DNA of 56,301 nt from NCBI GenBank assembly GCA_964464605.1, contig CAYXJN010000010.1, positions 1-56,301 of the forward strand, read 5' to 3'. A model generated the notes under the pieces. The model had not been told where the DNA came from. It was given only the letters and a program-made list of their open reading frames with translations, and ran no database searches. Shown piece by piece: positions 33,488-43,284 of this stretch. The DNA is from an uncultured Ignavibacteriales bacterium (GTDB taxonomy: Bacteria > Zixibacteria > MSB-5A5 > GN15 > FEB-12). The translations under genes were made by a program, and so were the position numbers. Numbering within the stretch: position 1 is the stretch's first letter; every line of letters begins with the position of its first letter.

Positions 33488-34555
33488 CTATTTCTGCAAA
33501 CGCAAAGTTTGCGCGATTTTGAGAATCCGGTCGACATGATCATGTACCGATAGATGATTTCTTTGCGCGAAATCCGAGCTCGGCAGAATCGGATTGGCGA
33601 TCATTGCTTTAATCGCGGTTACCCAATCAGCAACTTCGAAACTTGAAACGACTTTTCCTTCTTTCTCCGTTACTAATTCCTGCGCTCCGACCATATGGGA
33701 AATCATTACCGGTGTTCCGCACAAAATCGCTTCGCTTACCACCTGGCCATACGGCTCATAACGGGCAGGAAGAATAAAAATATCAGAAGCGGCATACAAA
33801 CACTCGGTATCAGTCACAAACCCGACATACCGGACATTCGATGGAGCATCTTTGACCTCATTCGGTCCGGCAACTAACAACTCAACTGGTATCGATTGGT
33901 TTTGCAGCTCCTGAAACACCTTTAGCAAAAGCTGCAATCCTTTTCGCCAATGAGAAACCGAGACAAAAGAAAAGACAGTTGTATTCGGTTTACAACCGAA
34001 TCGTTGGCGGTATTGCTGCTTGTTTGCTTGTAATCCGGAGTGAAACCGCGCGGTATCTGTTGGTGGATAGAGTAATTCTATTTTGTTTGCAGGAACTTGG
34101 TAATACGTAATGAGTTCTTCCTTCATCATTCGTGATGCTGCCAGTACGACTTTCGATTTATGAAACGCCCGCCGTTCGCTGAGAATGTCGAGACGGTCTT
34201 TTATGGTCCATCGCTCTTTATTGGTGGCGTGCAAAAACCCCAAATGATTCCCCGGCGCCAAGACAGCATCCTGATTCGATGTTTTCGTCAGCGACAACAC
34301 AAAATCGAATTTTTCCTTCTTAATGATTTTCTTTAACCGCCAATCGAGCCAGAAATCACGAAAGAGTTTCGGAATAAAACGCATATCAACACGAATGATG
34401 CGTACATCACTGGGTAATTGCACATCCGCCCCGACTTTGTAGGTAATAACCGTTACCGAATGCCCCAGCTCCCGCATCCGCGCGATGTAGGAAAACAGCC
34501 GTGTCTCCAACCCGCCTAACTGATAAAGTCGATTATGAACTAAGGCAATGCGCAT
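33488..34555 (-). CDS. Glycosyltransferase family 4 (WaaG/RfaG-like)
   Basis: GGLE, RKGL and YEPYGQVVSEA (EX7E motif). Confidence 0.9.
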   Translation of the reverse strand: MRIALVHNRLYQLGGLETRLFSYIARMRELGHSVTVITYKVGADVQLPSDVRIIRVDMRFIPKLFRDFWLDWRLKKIIKKEKFDFVLSLTKTSNQDAVLAPGNHLGFLHATNKERWTIKDRLDILSERRAFHKSKVVLAASRMMKEELITYYQVPANKIELLYPPTDTARFHSGLQANKQQYRQRFGCKPNTTVFSFVSVSHWRKGLQLLLKVFQELQNQSIPVELLVAGPNEVKDAPSNVRYVGFVTDTECLYAASDIFILPARYEPYGQVVSEAILCGTPVMISHMVGAQELVTEKEGKVVSSFEVADWVTAIKAMIANPILPSSDFAQRNHLSVHDHVDRILKIAQTLRLQK

Positions 34556-35826
34556 TAGTCTTCGCTGAACGGTTTTTTGGACGAGAATTGTCTCTTGCTC
34601 GCATTGTAAATCATGGGTGTCAATGCCGCTAATAAAATGTGTTCAAGCAAAATCAATAGCCCAGATCCAATACTAACAGCAAGTTTAGGATCAGCAAGTT
34701 TGGGAATACTTGAAAAAGGTAAATACGTCAATAGCACTCTAAAAAAATCTGGAACGGTCAGATCAGCAGAAACTACACCTTCACCCAAAGGAATTTTCAC
34801 TTTCATCAAAGTCAAAACAAATGAAAACAGAAATCCTATCAGTAAAAACCAGAGAATCGACTTTAATAGAGACGTATCATAACTTGATATTAGCTGGTGT
34901 AACCAATTGAGAAATTTTTTACTCCTGCTTAACCCGGGGCTGTATCTTTGACAAATCATATGTCTCACGTAGGCGCGATCTGCTCGGGCATAATCCATAT
35001 GCTTTAAAAAGTAACGTTCAAGAAATTTATATGCCTTAACTACATTCAGAGGATTGATACTATGACCAGATACTTCCTGCCTATGTTTAATTAACTTTTC
35101 ATCAATAATCTGTTCCGGCCATTCTTCAATTTCTTCAAACTTTGTTTTCTCAAAATTCAGAAAACTAAACAGAAGACCTGATAAGTCGGCCCCCTTAAAT
35201 TCCGTAACACCTTTGCTAAAATCAATGATAGATGGGCACAAAAATTGGGTTTGAGAAAATGTAATATCTGTCCCAATACGTTCCTTTCTAGTAAATTCCA
35301 GATTGGCATTTTGCTTTTCAAAAAAGATAGCTTTTTTGAAAGAAAATTGATCGCCCAAAGAGGCTTCTTTAAAAGAAGCACCTGATAAAAATTTCGCGTT
35401 CTCAAAACGAACACTACCTTGAAAATTGACAGATTCAAAATTTGCAAACTTCCTGAAAGTTGCATTTGAGAAATCTGCTAATTCTCGTATTTGTAAACCA
35501 CGAAATAAGACGAGGTCATTGAATTCACATTGTGAAAATAACGCTCTTGCAAATAGAGCTCCATCAAATGCTATTGGTTTATCGAAGTGCTTCCCTTTGA
35601 AATAACCGCCTAAAGTTTGCGGAAAAAACCAGTGGCTAAAATCAATAACAGCCGAATTTTGAATTTCATCGTCTATCAACGGCATCATACCATCGACATT
35701 TTTGGTATGGCTTTTTTGATGGCCTATACACCTAAGTTCTGATTCGATTGGCCATTTACAATGCTTTTTTTCAACTCTTCCGTCTGGCCAAACTAACTCC
35801 CACTCAACAGTACATGTTTCCGCCAT
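34555..35826 (-). CDS. Pentapeptide-repeat protein with C-terminal membrane domain (AT-rich)
   Basis: A.F..A.F repeats (ADFSNATF, ANFESVNF, VRFENAKF, ASFKEASL) followed by TM segments. Confidence 0.75.
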   Translation of the reverse strand: MAETCTVEWELVWPDGRVEKKHCKWPIESELRCIGHQKSHTKNVDGMMPLIDDEIQNSAVIDFSHWFFPQTLGGYFKGKHFDKPIAFDGALFARALFSQCEFNDLVLFRGLQIRELADFSNATFRKFANFESVNFQGSVRFENAKFLSGASFKEASLGDQFSFKKAIFFEKQNANLEFTRKERIGTDITFSQTQFLCPSIIDFSKGVTEFKGADLSGLLFSFLNFEKTKFEEIEEWPEQIIDEKLIKHRQEVSGHSINPLNVVKAYKFLERYFLKHMDYARADRAYVRHMICQRYSPGLSRSKKFLNWLHQLISSYDTSLLKSILWFLLIGFLFSFVLTLMKVKIPLGEGVVSADLTVPDFFRVLLTYLPFSSIPKLADPKLAVSIGSGLLILLEHILLAALTPMIYNASKRQFSSKKPFSED

Positions 35827-35847
35827 AATACCCCTTAATCATTTCCC

Positions 35848-37245
35848 TTAAAACTTCGCCCAGCCTGGAACACGGGGGAACGGAAGGACATCGCGGATGT
35901 TCGCCATGCCGGTGATATACATCATCGCCCGTTCAAAGCCCAAGCCAAAACCTGAGTGCGGCATGCTGCCGTATCTGCGAATATCCAGATACCAATAATA
36001 CGCATCTAAGTTGGTCATCCCTTTTTGTTTCATCCGCTCGACCAATACGTCGTAGCGTTCTTCACGTTGTGATCCGCCAATAATTTCTCCCACACGCGGC
36101 ACTAACACGTCCATTGCGCGGACTGTTTTGCCGTCATCATTAATGCGCATATAGAAGGATTTGATTTCTTCCGGATAATCATACACAATCACCGGCTTGT
36201 TAAAGAGCTTCTCGGTCAAAAAGCGCTCATGCTCGGTTTGCATATCAAGCCCCCACTTGACCGGATAATCGAATTTCTGTCCTGACTTTTCCAGCAGCTT
36301 GATCGCTTCGCTGTACGATACCCGTTCAAAGTTTGAATTAACTACTCCTTCCAGCATACCTCGCACTTCTTTATCCACCCACTGGGCGAAGAAGTCCATA
36401 TCATCACCGCATTTTTCAAGCGCAAACTTGAACAGGTATTTCAAAAAGTCTTCCGCTAAATCCATGTTGTCTTCAAGCTCCGCCCACATCATTTCCGGCT
36501 CGATCATCCAAAACTCGGAGGCATGCCTCGCGGTGTTGGAGTTTTCAGCGCGGAAGGTCGGTCCGAACGTGTAAATATCCCCAAGCGCGCTTGAGACCAA
36601 CTCCCCTTCTAATTGTCCGGAAACAGTCAGGTATGCTTCGGCGCCGAAGAAATCGGATTCCCAATCGATCTTTCCCTCTTTTTTGGGAACATTGTGAAAA
36701 TCGAAACAGGAAACACGAAACAGATCACCGGCTCCTTCACAGTCAGATGTCGAAACGATCGGCGTATGCGCATACACAAAGCCGCGTTCCTGAAAGTAGG
36801 TGTGAATCGCGTAGGAGAGCTGGGAACGCATCCGGTTTATCGCGCCAAACGTATTCGTGCGCGGACGTAAATGCGCGATATCCCGCAGGAATTCGTAACT
36901 GTGCCGTTTTTTTTGAAGCGGGTAGCTGGCATCCGCCGCGCCGATTAAGGACAATGAACTCACAGCAACTTCATATTTCTGCCCTTGTCCCTGCGAGAGG
37001 ATCAGTTTTCCGGCCATGCGCACCGACGCACCGGTAAGAATCTTATCCAAATCCGGATGCGATTCCGGATTGCTCAACACTCCCTGAATGCTTTTGAAAC
37101 AGGAACCGTCGTTGACTTCAACAAATGCGACCTCTTTGCTGACTCGCACGGTTCGAACCAGACCGAGGATGATAACCTCAGTGTTAACAGGAACTGAATC
37201 TTCAACCAGTATTTTGGAAATTTTTGTTCGGTGCTTGTAATCCAT
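35848..37245 (-). CDS. asnS: Asparagine--tRNA ligase
   Basis: YPLQKK, HLRPRTN, DCEGAG, LTVSGQL, FRAENSNT.RH and GFGLGFER. ATG 37245 has a GGAG SD. Confidence 0.97.
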   Translation of the reverse strand: MDYKHRTKISKILVEDSVPVNTEVIILGLVRTVRVSKEVAFVEVNDGSCFKSIQGVLSNPESHPDLDKILTGASVRMAGKLILSQGQGQKYEVAVSSLSLIGAADASYPLQKKRHSYEFLRDIAHLRPRTNTFGAINRMRSQLSYAIHTYFQERGFVYAHTPIVSTSDCEGAGDLFRVSCFDFHNVPKKEGKIDWESDFFGAEAYLTVSGQLEGELVSSALGDIYTFGPTFRAENSNTARHASEFWMIEPEMMWAELEDNMDLAEDFLKYLFKFALEKCGDDMDFFAQWVDKEVRGMLEGVVNSNFERVSYSEAIKLLEKSGQKFDYPVKWGLDMQTEHERFLTEKLFNKPVIVYDYPEEIKSFYMRINDDGKTVRAMDVLVPRVGEIIGGSQREERYDVLVERMKQKGMTNLDAYYWYLDIRRYGSMPHSGFGLGFERAMMYITGMANIRDVLPFPRVPGWAKF

Positions 37246-37473
37246 CGACTGCTCCAGCGCTATCTTGGGGTGTAACCTGTCATTGCGCATAATAAACGTG
37301 TCATATGCGCGCCTGGCAAGCGACAGTCACATGCGCCAAAATTGACGAAAATTAACAAAACGGGTGAAACTTTACGTAAGAAAAACTGGTATAAGAGTTA
37401 GAACAAACGAAGAAAACAGTAGAGCCGTTGTCTTCGAGAGTTTTTTAGTTCCCTACCTATCACCTATCATCAG

Positions 37474-37511
37474 TGATGTCCGGTTCTCTGAGCCGGGCAT
37501 CATTATTTTTT
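37474..37511 (+). terminator. Orphan plus-strand intrinsic terminator
   Basis: 13-bp stem TGATGTCCGGTTC/GAGCCGGGCATCA with G-U pairs valid on +, followed by TTATTTTTT. Confidence 0.55.
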
Positions 37512-37558
37512 GTCTGCATGTTCGGGCTGAAACGTACAGCTGGCACGGGGAGATTTTA

Positions 37559-37630
37559 TGAGGGCGGAAGGTATCGAACCTTCGACCACTTGCTTAAAAG
37601 GCAAATGCTCTACCACTGAGCTACGCCCCC
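37559..37630 (-). tRNA. tRNA-Lys(UUU), CCA not encoded
   Basis: Cloverleaf GGGGGCG TA GCTC AGTGGTA GAGC A TTTGC CTTTTAA GCAAG TGGTC GAAGG TTCGATA CCTTC CGCCCTC A. Upstream TTGACT-N17-CATTTT at 37711-37683. Confidence 0.95.
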
Positions 37631-37821
37631 ATGTGCCAGAGGGCATATTTGAACGCTACCGAGCGTCCTAATTGAGGTCGCTAAAATGAGTCCTTAGGCG
37701 GGCTAAGTCAACCGGTTTTTCGCCTATTTCCTTATCCGACTGTATAGTAACGGATTTTCTGCAACCTGCCGATATTCTTAAGGTCTGTCCAACAGCCAAA
37801 TCACAGGGAAAAGGGATAGCA

Positions 37822-39936
37822 ATGGTCGAACAAAATAAGCAGGGTGAAGTTTTTGTAACACCGACAGCCGAGGATTTAGCGGCACTCGCCATGCGCAGCA
37901 TGGAAACCTACAATAAGGTGGTTTGCCTGGTGGATGCCCGCCAGATCGACCTGCCGCTTGTGTATGTCAACCGGGCGTTTGAAACATTAACTGGTTATCC
38001 CGCCAAAGAAGTTCTCGGAAAAAATATGCGGTTTTTACAAAAACAGGATCGCCCGCAGTCCGGCCATATGCCACTTTCCCACGCCCTCAAAACAGACCAG
38101 CCATGCACGGTAATATTCCGGAACTATAAAAAGGATGGGACATTATTCTGGAATGAAATTTCTATCAATCCGCTTTTTGATGAATCCGGAGCACTGACGC
38201 ATTATTTGGGCGTATTGCATGACGTAACCGAACGGAAACAGATCGAATCATTCCAAAGTATTCTTTTTCATATCTACCAAAGCTCGGCAATCGCGCAAAC
38301 GCTGGAAGATTTTTTGTATCTGTTTAACCAGCCGATAGACCACGCTATTCCCGGCAAAGAATTATTCATGGCCACCTACGATCCGGTTACGCAGCGCTAT
38401 TCCGTTCCCGGCTTCGAGCCGCATGGAGACCCGTTTTGGGAATGGAACGGCGAACGGCTTAAGAAAACATTGATTGATTATGTGCGCCGCAGCGGCAAAC
38501 CGTTTATTGCAACAGAAGAAACACAACGGCAATTAGCGGCACACGGAGAAATTCAGCTAACCGAATCCGTTCCCCCGATCTGGCTGGGTGTGCCGATCAT
38601 TCACCATGAAACGCTGTACGGCGTACTGGTTGTGCAAAATCTGAAGATGCCGCTTTTATTCGCTACGCAAAACTTGCCGCTGATTCATACCGCCGCCGAA
38701 CATCTGGCGGTCGCCGTTAGGCAAAAAGTAGCACATGAAGAACTTGAACTGGCACGACAAACGGCCGAAGGTGCAGTGCAGGCTAAAAGCGTGTTTTTGG
38801 CGAATATGAGCCATGAATTCAGAACACCGCTCAATTCGATTATTGGGTTTTCCGATCTGCTCTTGCAACCGGGGATGGACGCCTTAACGGAACGGCAGCA
38901 ATCGTATCTTCGAACTGTATCAAAAAGTGGGAAACATCTGCTGACGCTTATCAACACGATTCTTGATCTGGCGAAACTTGAATCCGGAAAAACGTCGCTT
39001 GAAATGCGGGAGCTTTTCCTTGCCGCCTTAGTCAGAGAAGCATGTGAAATTGTCCGTGCTGATTCAGACAAAAAACGATTGAGTTTCGTTGCCGATGTTG
39101 ATCCGCAAATCCGCGTTACCGCGGACCGGCGGGCGTTATTACAGGTCCTGTTGAATCTCATGGCGAATGCAATCAAATTTACGCCGGAAGGGGGAAAAAT
39201 CGGCGTGACGGCGACACCGCAGGGAACCGATGTTGCAATCTGTGTTTGGGATACCGGAATCGGTATTGCGCCTGAAGATTGCGAGCGGATTTTCGATTCA
39301 TTCCAACAGGCCGATAACTCATTCACTCGTCAATATCAGGGCACCGGACTTGGGCTGACCATTTCAAAGAGCTTAGTTGAATTGCAGGGTGGAGCGATTT
39401 GCGTGAAAAGCCGAGTGGGTGAAGGAAGCAAATTTATTTTCACGCTGCAGGCATCAATTCAGTCTCGGACAGGTGAAGAATCACCACAGGAGATCACCAA
39501 ACATTCACGTAAAACGCAAACGGAAGCACTCACCGTTTTAGTCATTGACGATGAACCGCTGAACCGAATGCTCTCACGGGAAGTATTAGAGCGGGCGAAC
39601 TGGAAAGTTCATGAAGCTTCTGACGGCGTAGAGGGAATACGCACCACAGAAACCAAAAATCCCGATATCATTCTTTGCGATATTCAGATGCCGATTATGG
39701 ATGGTGTTACCGTTTTGCAGCAGCTTCGTTTACAACCGGAGCATGACCACAGGACAATCATTGCGCTTACCGCGTACGCCATGACCGGAGACGCCGAAGC
39801 GCTCTTGGAAAAAGGATTCGACGGATATTTAAGCAAGCCGATAAACATTCCTACCTTTGTCGATGATATTAAGAAAATTCATCAACAGCGTCTCGCCTCA
39901 CTTTCCACTCCGGATAAAAAACTTGAACGTGTATGA
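37822..39936 (+). CDS. Hybrid sensor histidine kinase (LOV-like PAS, GAF, HisKA, HATPase, REC)
   Basis: GKNMRFLQ and NYKKDG.LFWN PAS motifs; FLANMSHEFRTPL; NAIKFT, DTGIGI, GTGLGL; REC with DIQMP and KP. Confidence 0.93.
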   Translation: MVEQNKQGEVFVTPTAEDLAALAMRSMETYNKVVCLVDARQIDLPLVYVNRAFETLTGYPAKEVLGKNMRFLQKQDRPQSGHMPLSHALKTDQPCTVIFRNYKKDGTLFWNEISINPLFDESGALTHYLGVLHDVTERKQIESFQSILFHIYQSSAIAQTLEDFLYLFNQPIDHAIPGKELFMATYDPVTQRYSVPGFEPHGDPFWEWNGERLKKTLIDYVRRSGKPFIATEETQRQLAAHGEIQLTESVPPIWLGVPIIHHETLYGVLVVQNLKMPLLFATQNLPLIHTAAEHLAVAVRQKVAHEELELARQTAEGAVQAKSVFLANMSHEFRTPLNSIIGFSDLLLQPGMDALTERQQSYLRTVSKSGKHLLTLINTILDLAKLESGKTSLEMRELFLAALVREACEIVRADSDKKRLSFVADVDPQIRVTADRRALLQVLLNLMANAIKFTPEGGKIGVTATPQGTDVAICVWDTGIGIAPEDCERIFDSFQQADNSFTRQYQGTGLGLTISKSLVELQGGAICVKSRVGEGSKFIFTLQASIQSRTGEESPQEITKHSRKTQTEALTVLVIDDEPLNRMLSREVLERANWKVHEASDGVEGIRTTETKNPDIILCDIQMPIMDGVTVLQQLRLQPEHDHRTIIALTAYAMTGDAEALLEKGFDGYLSKPINIPTFVDDIKKIHQQRLASLSTPDKKLERV

Positions 39937-40697
39937 AAATACTGGTAGTCGATGATGCTCCCGCTGATTTACTGCTCTTGATGGACATTCTGTCGCTGCA
40001 TGGATATACAGCGGTGGAAGCATCCTCGGTCGCTAAAGCCGAACGGATTCTCCATGAAGATCCGGGTATTGGATTAGTGCTGCTTGATTTGATGATGCCG
40101 AAAGAAGACGGTTTTGCTTTTCTGCAATTCTGGCGGCGGCACCCGATTCTTAACAATATTCCGGTCATTGTTTGTTCCGCAGCCGGAGACAGTGAGTCGG
40201 TGCTTCAGGCGAACAAAGCAGGTGCGGTTGATTTCCTGGTAAAACCGGTAACAACCGAAGTGGTTATCGCTAAAATTCAATCGGTGCTTTCCCGTGTACA
40301 GGTACGGGGATGCGTTTTGGTGGCAGACAGTGAACAGGTGCTGAGCAGTTTGATCGGTGAAATCGTTCGCCGTGCAGGATATCGCTGTTTATCGGCTTCC
40401 ACCGGACAGGAAATATTAGAAACGCTCGGCAAAGAAACAGTCAATTTGATTATCACTGATAGCCAGCTATCGGATATGGGTGGGAAAAATTTGGTAATGG
40501 CGATTCACAAACAGGCACCGAATATCCCGGTTATTTTTACCGGAAACATCCAAAAAACGAGCGTATCAGGCGCCCGATCGCAGGGAGCGGTAGATATTAT
40601 TTTCAAACCGACGACCAATCTTGACATCTTAAGCAAATTAGCTAAGTATCTCCCGAAAGAGATTCGACCGCAGGAAACACCCGTACCTGACAAATAA
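39933..40697 (+). CDS. Tandem (dual) REC response regulator
   Basis: ILVVDD..LDLMMP..KP, then VLVADSE..ITD..KP; no output domain; overlaps the kinase stop. Confidence 0.88.
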   Translation: MKILVVDDAPADLLLLMDILSLHGYTAVEASSVAKAERILHEDPGIGLVLLDLMMPKEDGFAFLQFWRRHPILNNIPVIVCSAAGDSESVLQANKAGAVDFLVKPVTTEVVIAKIQSVLSRVQVRGCVLVADSEQVLSSLIGEIVRRAGYRCLSASTGQEILETLGKETVNLIITDSQLSDMGGKNLVMAIHKQAPNIPVIFTGNIQKTSVSGARSQGAVDIIFKPTTNLDILSKLAKYLPKEIRPQETPVPDK

Positions 40698-40724
40698 AAA
40701 AGCGGAGCTGTGACCTGCTCCGCT
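40695..40724 (-). terminator. Intrinsic terminator between convergent genes
   Basis: AGCGGAGC-N8-GCTCCGCT with a T-tract on the minus strand. Confidence 0.7.
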
Positions 40725-40746
40725 CATACATGCGTTATTAGAAAAC

Positions 40747-41364
40747 TTAGTGGGAGCGTTCCGGCTCGGTTACTGCCAAGAGCGTTATCTCGTAAACTAA
40801 TCCCATATTAGGTGGAATCATATCACGAAATCCCTGGGCGCCATAGGCAAGCTCCGGTTTAATAATCAACGTTCGCTTGCCGCCGACTTTCATTCCGGCG
40901 ATTCCTTCCTCCCATCCTTTGATCGACATCCCGCGTCCGAGTAAGAACTTAAATGCCTGTCCGCTTTCGATCGAGGAAACAAACTTCTTTCCTAAAATCC
41001 CTTTATCGTAGAACCATCCGACATATTGCACTTCTACCATTTTGCCGGGGGCCGCAGCCGAACCTGTGCCGACTTTAGTATCGATATATTTCAAACCGGA
41101 TTTGGTGGTCACGGTATCCTGTTTAGCCTTGGCTGTCGGTTGCTTGGTAGTCACCGTATCCTGTTTTGTTTTTGCTGTCGGTTGTTGGGTGGTTTTTCCT
41201 TCTTTTTTTACAATGTTCCCTTTGGTATCCGCTTTTATCCTCGGCAAATCTGCTTTGTTCGCCGGAATCGAATCAGCATCTGGAACCGGTTTTGGGGATT
41301 GCGTCTGGCCGTTCACTGACAGCAGCATGACAATCATAATACTGACTACAACTCTAATGTGCAT
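40747..41364 (-). CDS. Exported FKBP-type peptidyl-prolyl isomerase
   Basis: Signal peptide; SGLKY, V.Y.G, IKGWEEGI.GMKVGGKR.L.I.PELAYG and IPPN. Confidence 0.92.
   Translation of the reverse strand: MHIRVVVSIMIVMLLSVNGQTQSPKPVPDADSIPANKADLPRIKADTKGNIVKKEGKTTQQPTAKTKQDTVTTKQPTAKAKQDTVTTKSGLKYIDTKVGTGSAAAPGKMVEVQYVGWFYDKGILGKKFVSSIESGQAFKFLLGRGMSIKGWEEGIAGMKVGGKRTLIIKPELAYGAQGFRDMIPPNMGLVYEITLLAVTEPERSH
41102..41193. repeat. 42-bp imperfect tandem repeat inside the FKBP gene
   Basis: Just over two copies encoding TT(Q/K)QPTAK(T/A)KQDTV. Confidence 0.85.
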
Positions 41365-41391
41365 CGTCTGTTGTTTCTCCGTAACTATGTA

Positions 41392-42666
41392 TCAACACAT
41401 AATTGTTTCGACACGTTTGGCGCCTGTCGACACCAGCAAAATTTCAACACCTAAGTCCTGAGCCACATACTGCAGGTAATTGCGGGCGGCTTCCGGCAGG
41501 GATTTGTAGGTCGTCAAACCGGTAGTATCACAGTTCCAGCCGGGCATTGTCTTATACACAGGTCGGACATGTCCGAGCGCAGCTAAATCGAGGGGGACAT
41601 CTTCTATTTGCTCCCCGTTCAGTTCATAGGCATGACAGACTTTGATTTCCGGAAAATTGTCCAAAACATCCAATTTCGTAACCGCTATGGAATTAACGCC
41701 GTTAATGCGCATGGTATGCCGCAAAGAGACCAAATCCAGCCAGCCGCAGCGGCGTGGGCGGCCAGTAGTAGCTCCATATTCATCTCCCTGATGCCGCAAT
41801 TGCTCGCCGACTTCATTGACCAATTCGGTCGGGAATGGACCAGCCCCTACACGGGTGGTATAGGCTTTGATAACACCGACGACATCATCGATCATCCGGG
41901 GGCCGATTCCAAGTCCGGTCAACGCCCCGCCAGTAGTGGTATTCGATGAGGTGGCAAACGGGTAGGTTCCCAAGTCGACATCCAGCAAACTGCCTTGCGC
42001 TCCTTCAAACAGAATCGTTTTTCCTGCTTTGTGAGCATTATACAAATAACGGGCGGTATCGATAACGAGCGGTTTAAAGAGAGGCACCAACTCCATAAGG
42101 TCACGGTAAATTTTTTCCAAATCGGCACGGGGGTCGGTGGAGCCGTCCAAATACCGTTCCTTGATAGTCTGCTGATACTCCAGTCGGCGTTTGAGGCGTT
42201 CGGGAGCAAACAAATCAATCACCCGGATACCGTTGCGGGCGACTTTGTCGACATATGCCGGGCCGATTCCACGGTGAGTTGTGCCGATAGAATCCGTCCC
42301 GCGATTCCGTTCATCGACGGCATCTATCAACTGATGATACGGCAGCACCAAATTGGTAGCAGCTGACACCCACAAGCGCCCTTTGTAGCTGATTCCCTGA
42401 GATTCGAGTAAGGAAAGCTCCTGACGAAAGGCGAACGGATCAAGCACAACACCGTTGCCGATGACACATTCTTTGCCGGGATGAATGATACCGGAGGGAA
42501 TCAGATGCAGTACATACTTGACATCATCCACGCGGATGGTATGTCCTGCATTCGCGCCGCCCTGAAACCGCGCGATGACATCCGCATCCGCAGCCAGCAA
42601 ATCGACGATCTTCCCTTTTCCTTCATCTCCCCATTGACATCCGATAATGACCCGATTTTTTCCCAT
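41392..42666 (-). CDS. purA: Adenylosuccinate synthetase
   Basis: QWGDEGKGK, GGANAGHT, EGAQG and GATTGRPRRCGW. Confidence 0.98.
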   Translation of the reverse strand: MGKNRVIIGCQWGDEGKGKIVDLLAADADVIARFQGGANAGHTIRVDDVKYVLHLIPSGIIHPGKECVIGNGVVLDPFAFRQELSLLESQGISYKGRLWVSAATNLVLPYHQLIDAVDERNRGTDSIGTTHRGIGPAYVDKVARNGIRVIDLFAPERLKRRLEYQQTIKERYLDGSTDPRADLEKIYRDLMELVPLFKPLVIDTARYLYNAHKAGKTILFEGAQGSLLDVDLGTYPFATSSNTTTGGALTGLGIGPRMIDDVVGVIKAYTTRVGAGPFPTELVNEVGEQLRHQGDEYGATTGRPRRCGWLDLVSLRHTMRINGVNSIAVTKLDVLDNFPEIKVCHAYELNGEQIEDVPLDLAALGHVRPVYKTMPGWNCDTTGLTTYKSLPEAARNYLQYVAQDLGVEILLVSTGAKRVETIMC

Positions 42667-42675
42667 ATGTATATC

Positions 42676-43272
42676 TTACTGGTTAGAGTTTTCGTAGTAA
42701 TCCTGTACCAAACCGCTGACCGCACCGAGCAATTCACGTTTGCCTACGCCGGTGGTCGTGGAGGTAGCAACTGCCATCAATCCAAACTGTTTTTCAATCG
42801 CTTTAATTTTTTGCGTCGTTTCGTTCCGGTTTATTTTATCCGCTTTGGTAATGGCAATCAAGGAGGGTAATTTCCGTTTGCTGAGCCAACCCAAAAGCTG
42901 TGAATCCTGTTCGGTCGGTTCCCGGCGACTATCCAAGAGCAAGATCATCCCGGCCAATTCAGCGCACCGGGTAAGGTACTGTTCGATCATTACTTTCCAA
43001 TTGTCCCGCACCGACTCCGGTACTTTTGCGTACCCGTAGCCGGGCAAATCCGCGAAGTAAAATTTATTGTTTATCAAAAACAGATTGATCGTTTGCGTTT
43101 TACCCGGCGTCGCCGAAACCTTGGCCAGCCCTTTGCGGCCCATCAGTTTGTTCAGCAAGGATGATTTCCCGACGTTTGATCTTCCTGCGACCGCCACATG
43201 CGGCCGTTTATCACGCGGCAATTTGCGTACATCGACAAAGGAAGCGACAAACTCGCAGCTTTCAACACGAAT
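42676..43272 (-). CDS. engB: Ribosome-biogenesis GTPase EngB/YihA/YsxC (probable ATT start)
   Basis: GRSNVGKSS, PGKT, DLPGYGYA and TKADK. The frame is open upstream of TTG 43221 to ATT 43272, which lies 6 nt after AAGGAG. Confidence 0.93.
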   Translation of the reverse strand: MRVESCEFVASFVDVRKLPRDKRPHVAVAGRSNVGKSSLLNKLMGRKGLAKVSATPGKTQTINLFLINNKFYFADLPGYGYAKVPESVRDNWKVMIEQYLTRCAELAGMILLLDSRREPTEQDSQLLGWLSKRKLPSLIAITKADKINRNETTQKIKAIEKQFGLMAVATSTTTGVGKRELLGAVSGLVQDYYENSNQ

Positions 43273-43284
43273 GGCGAGCTCCTT

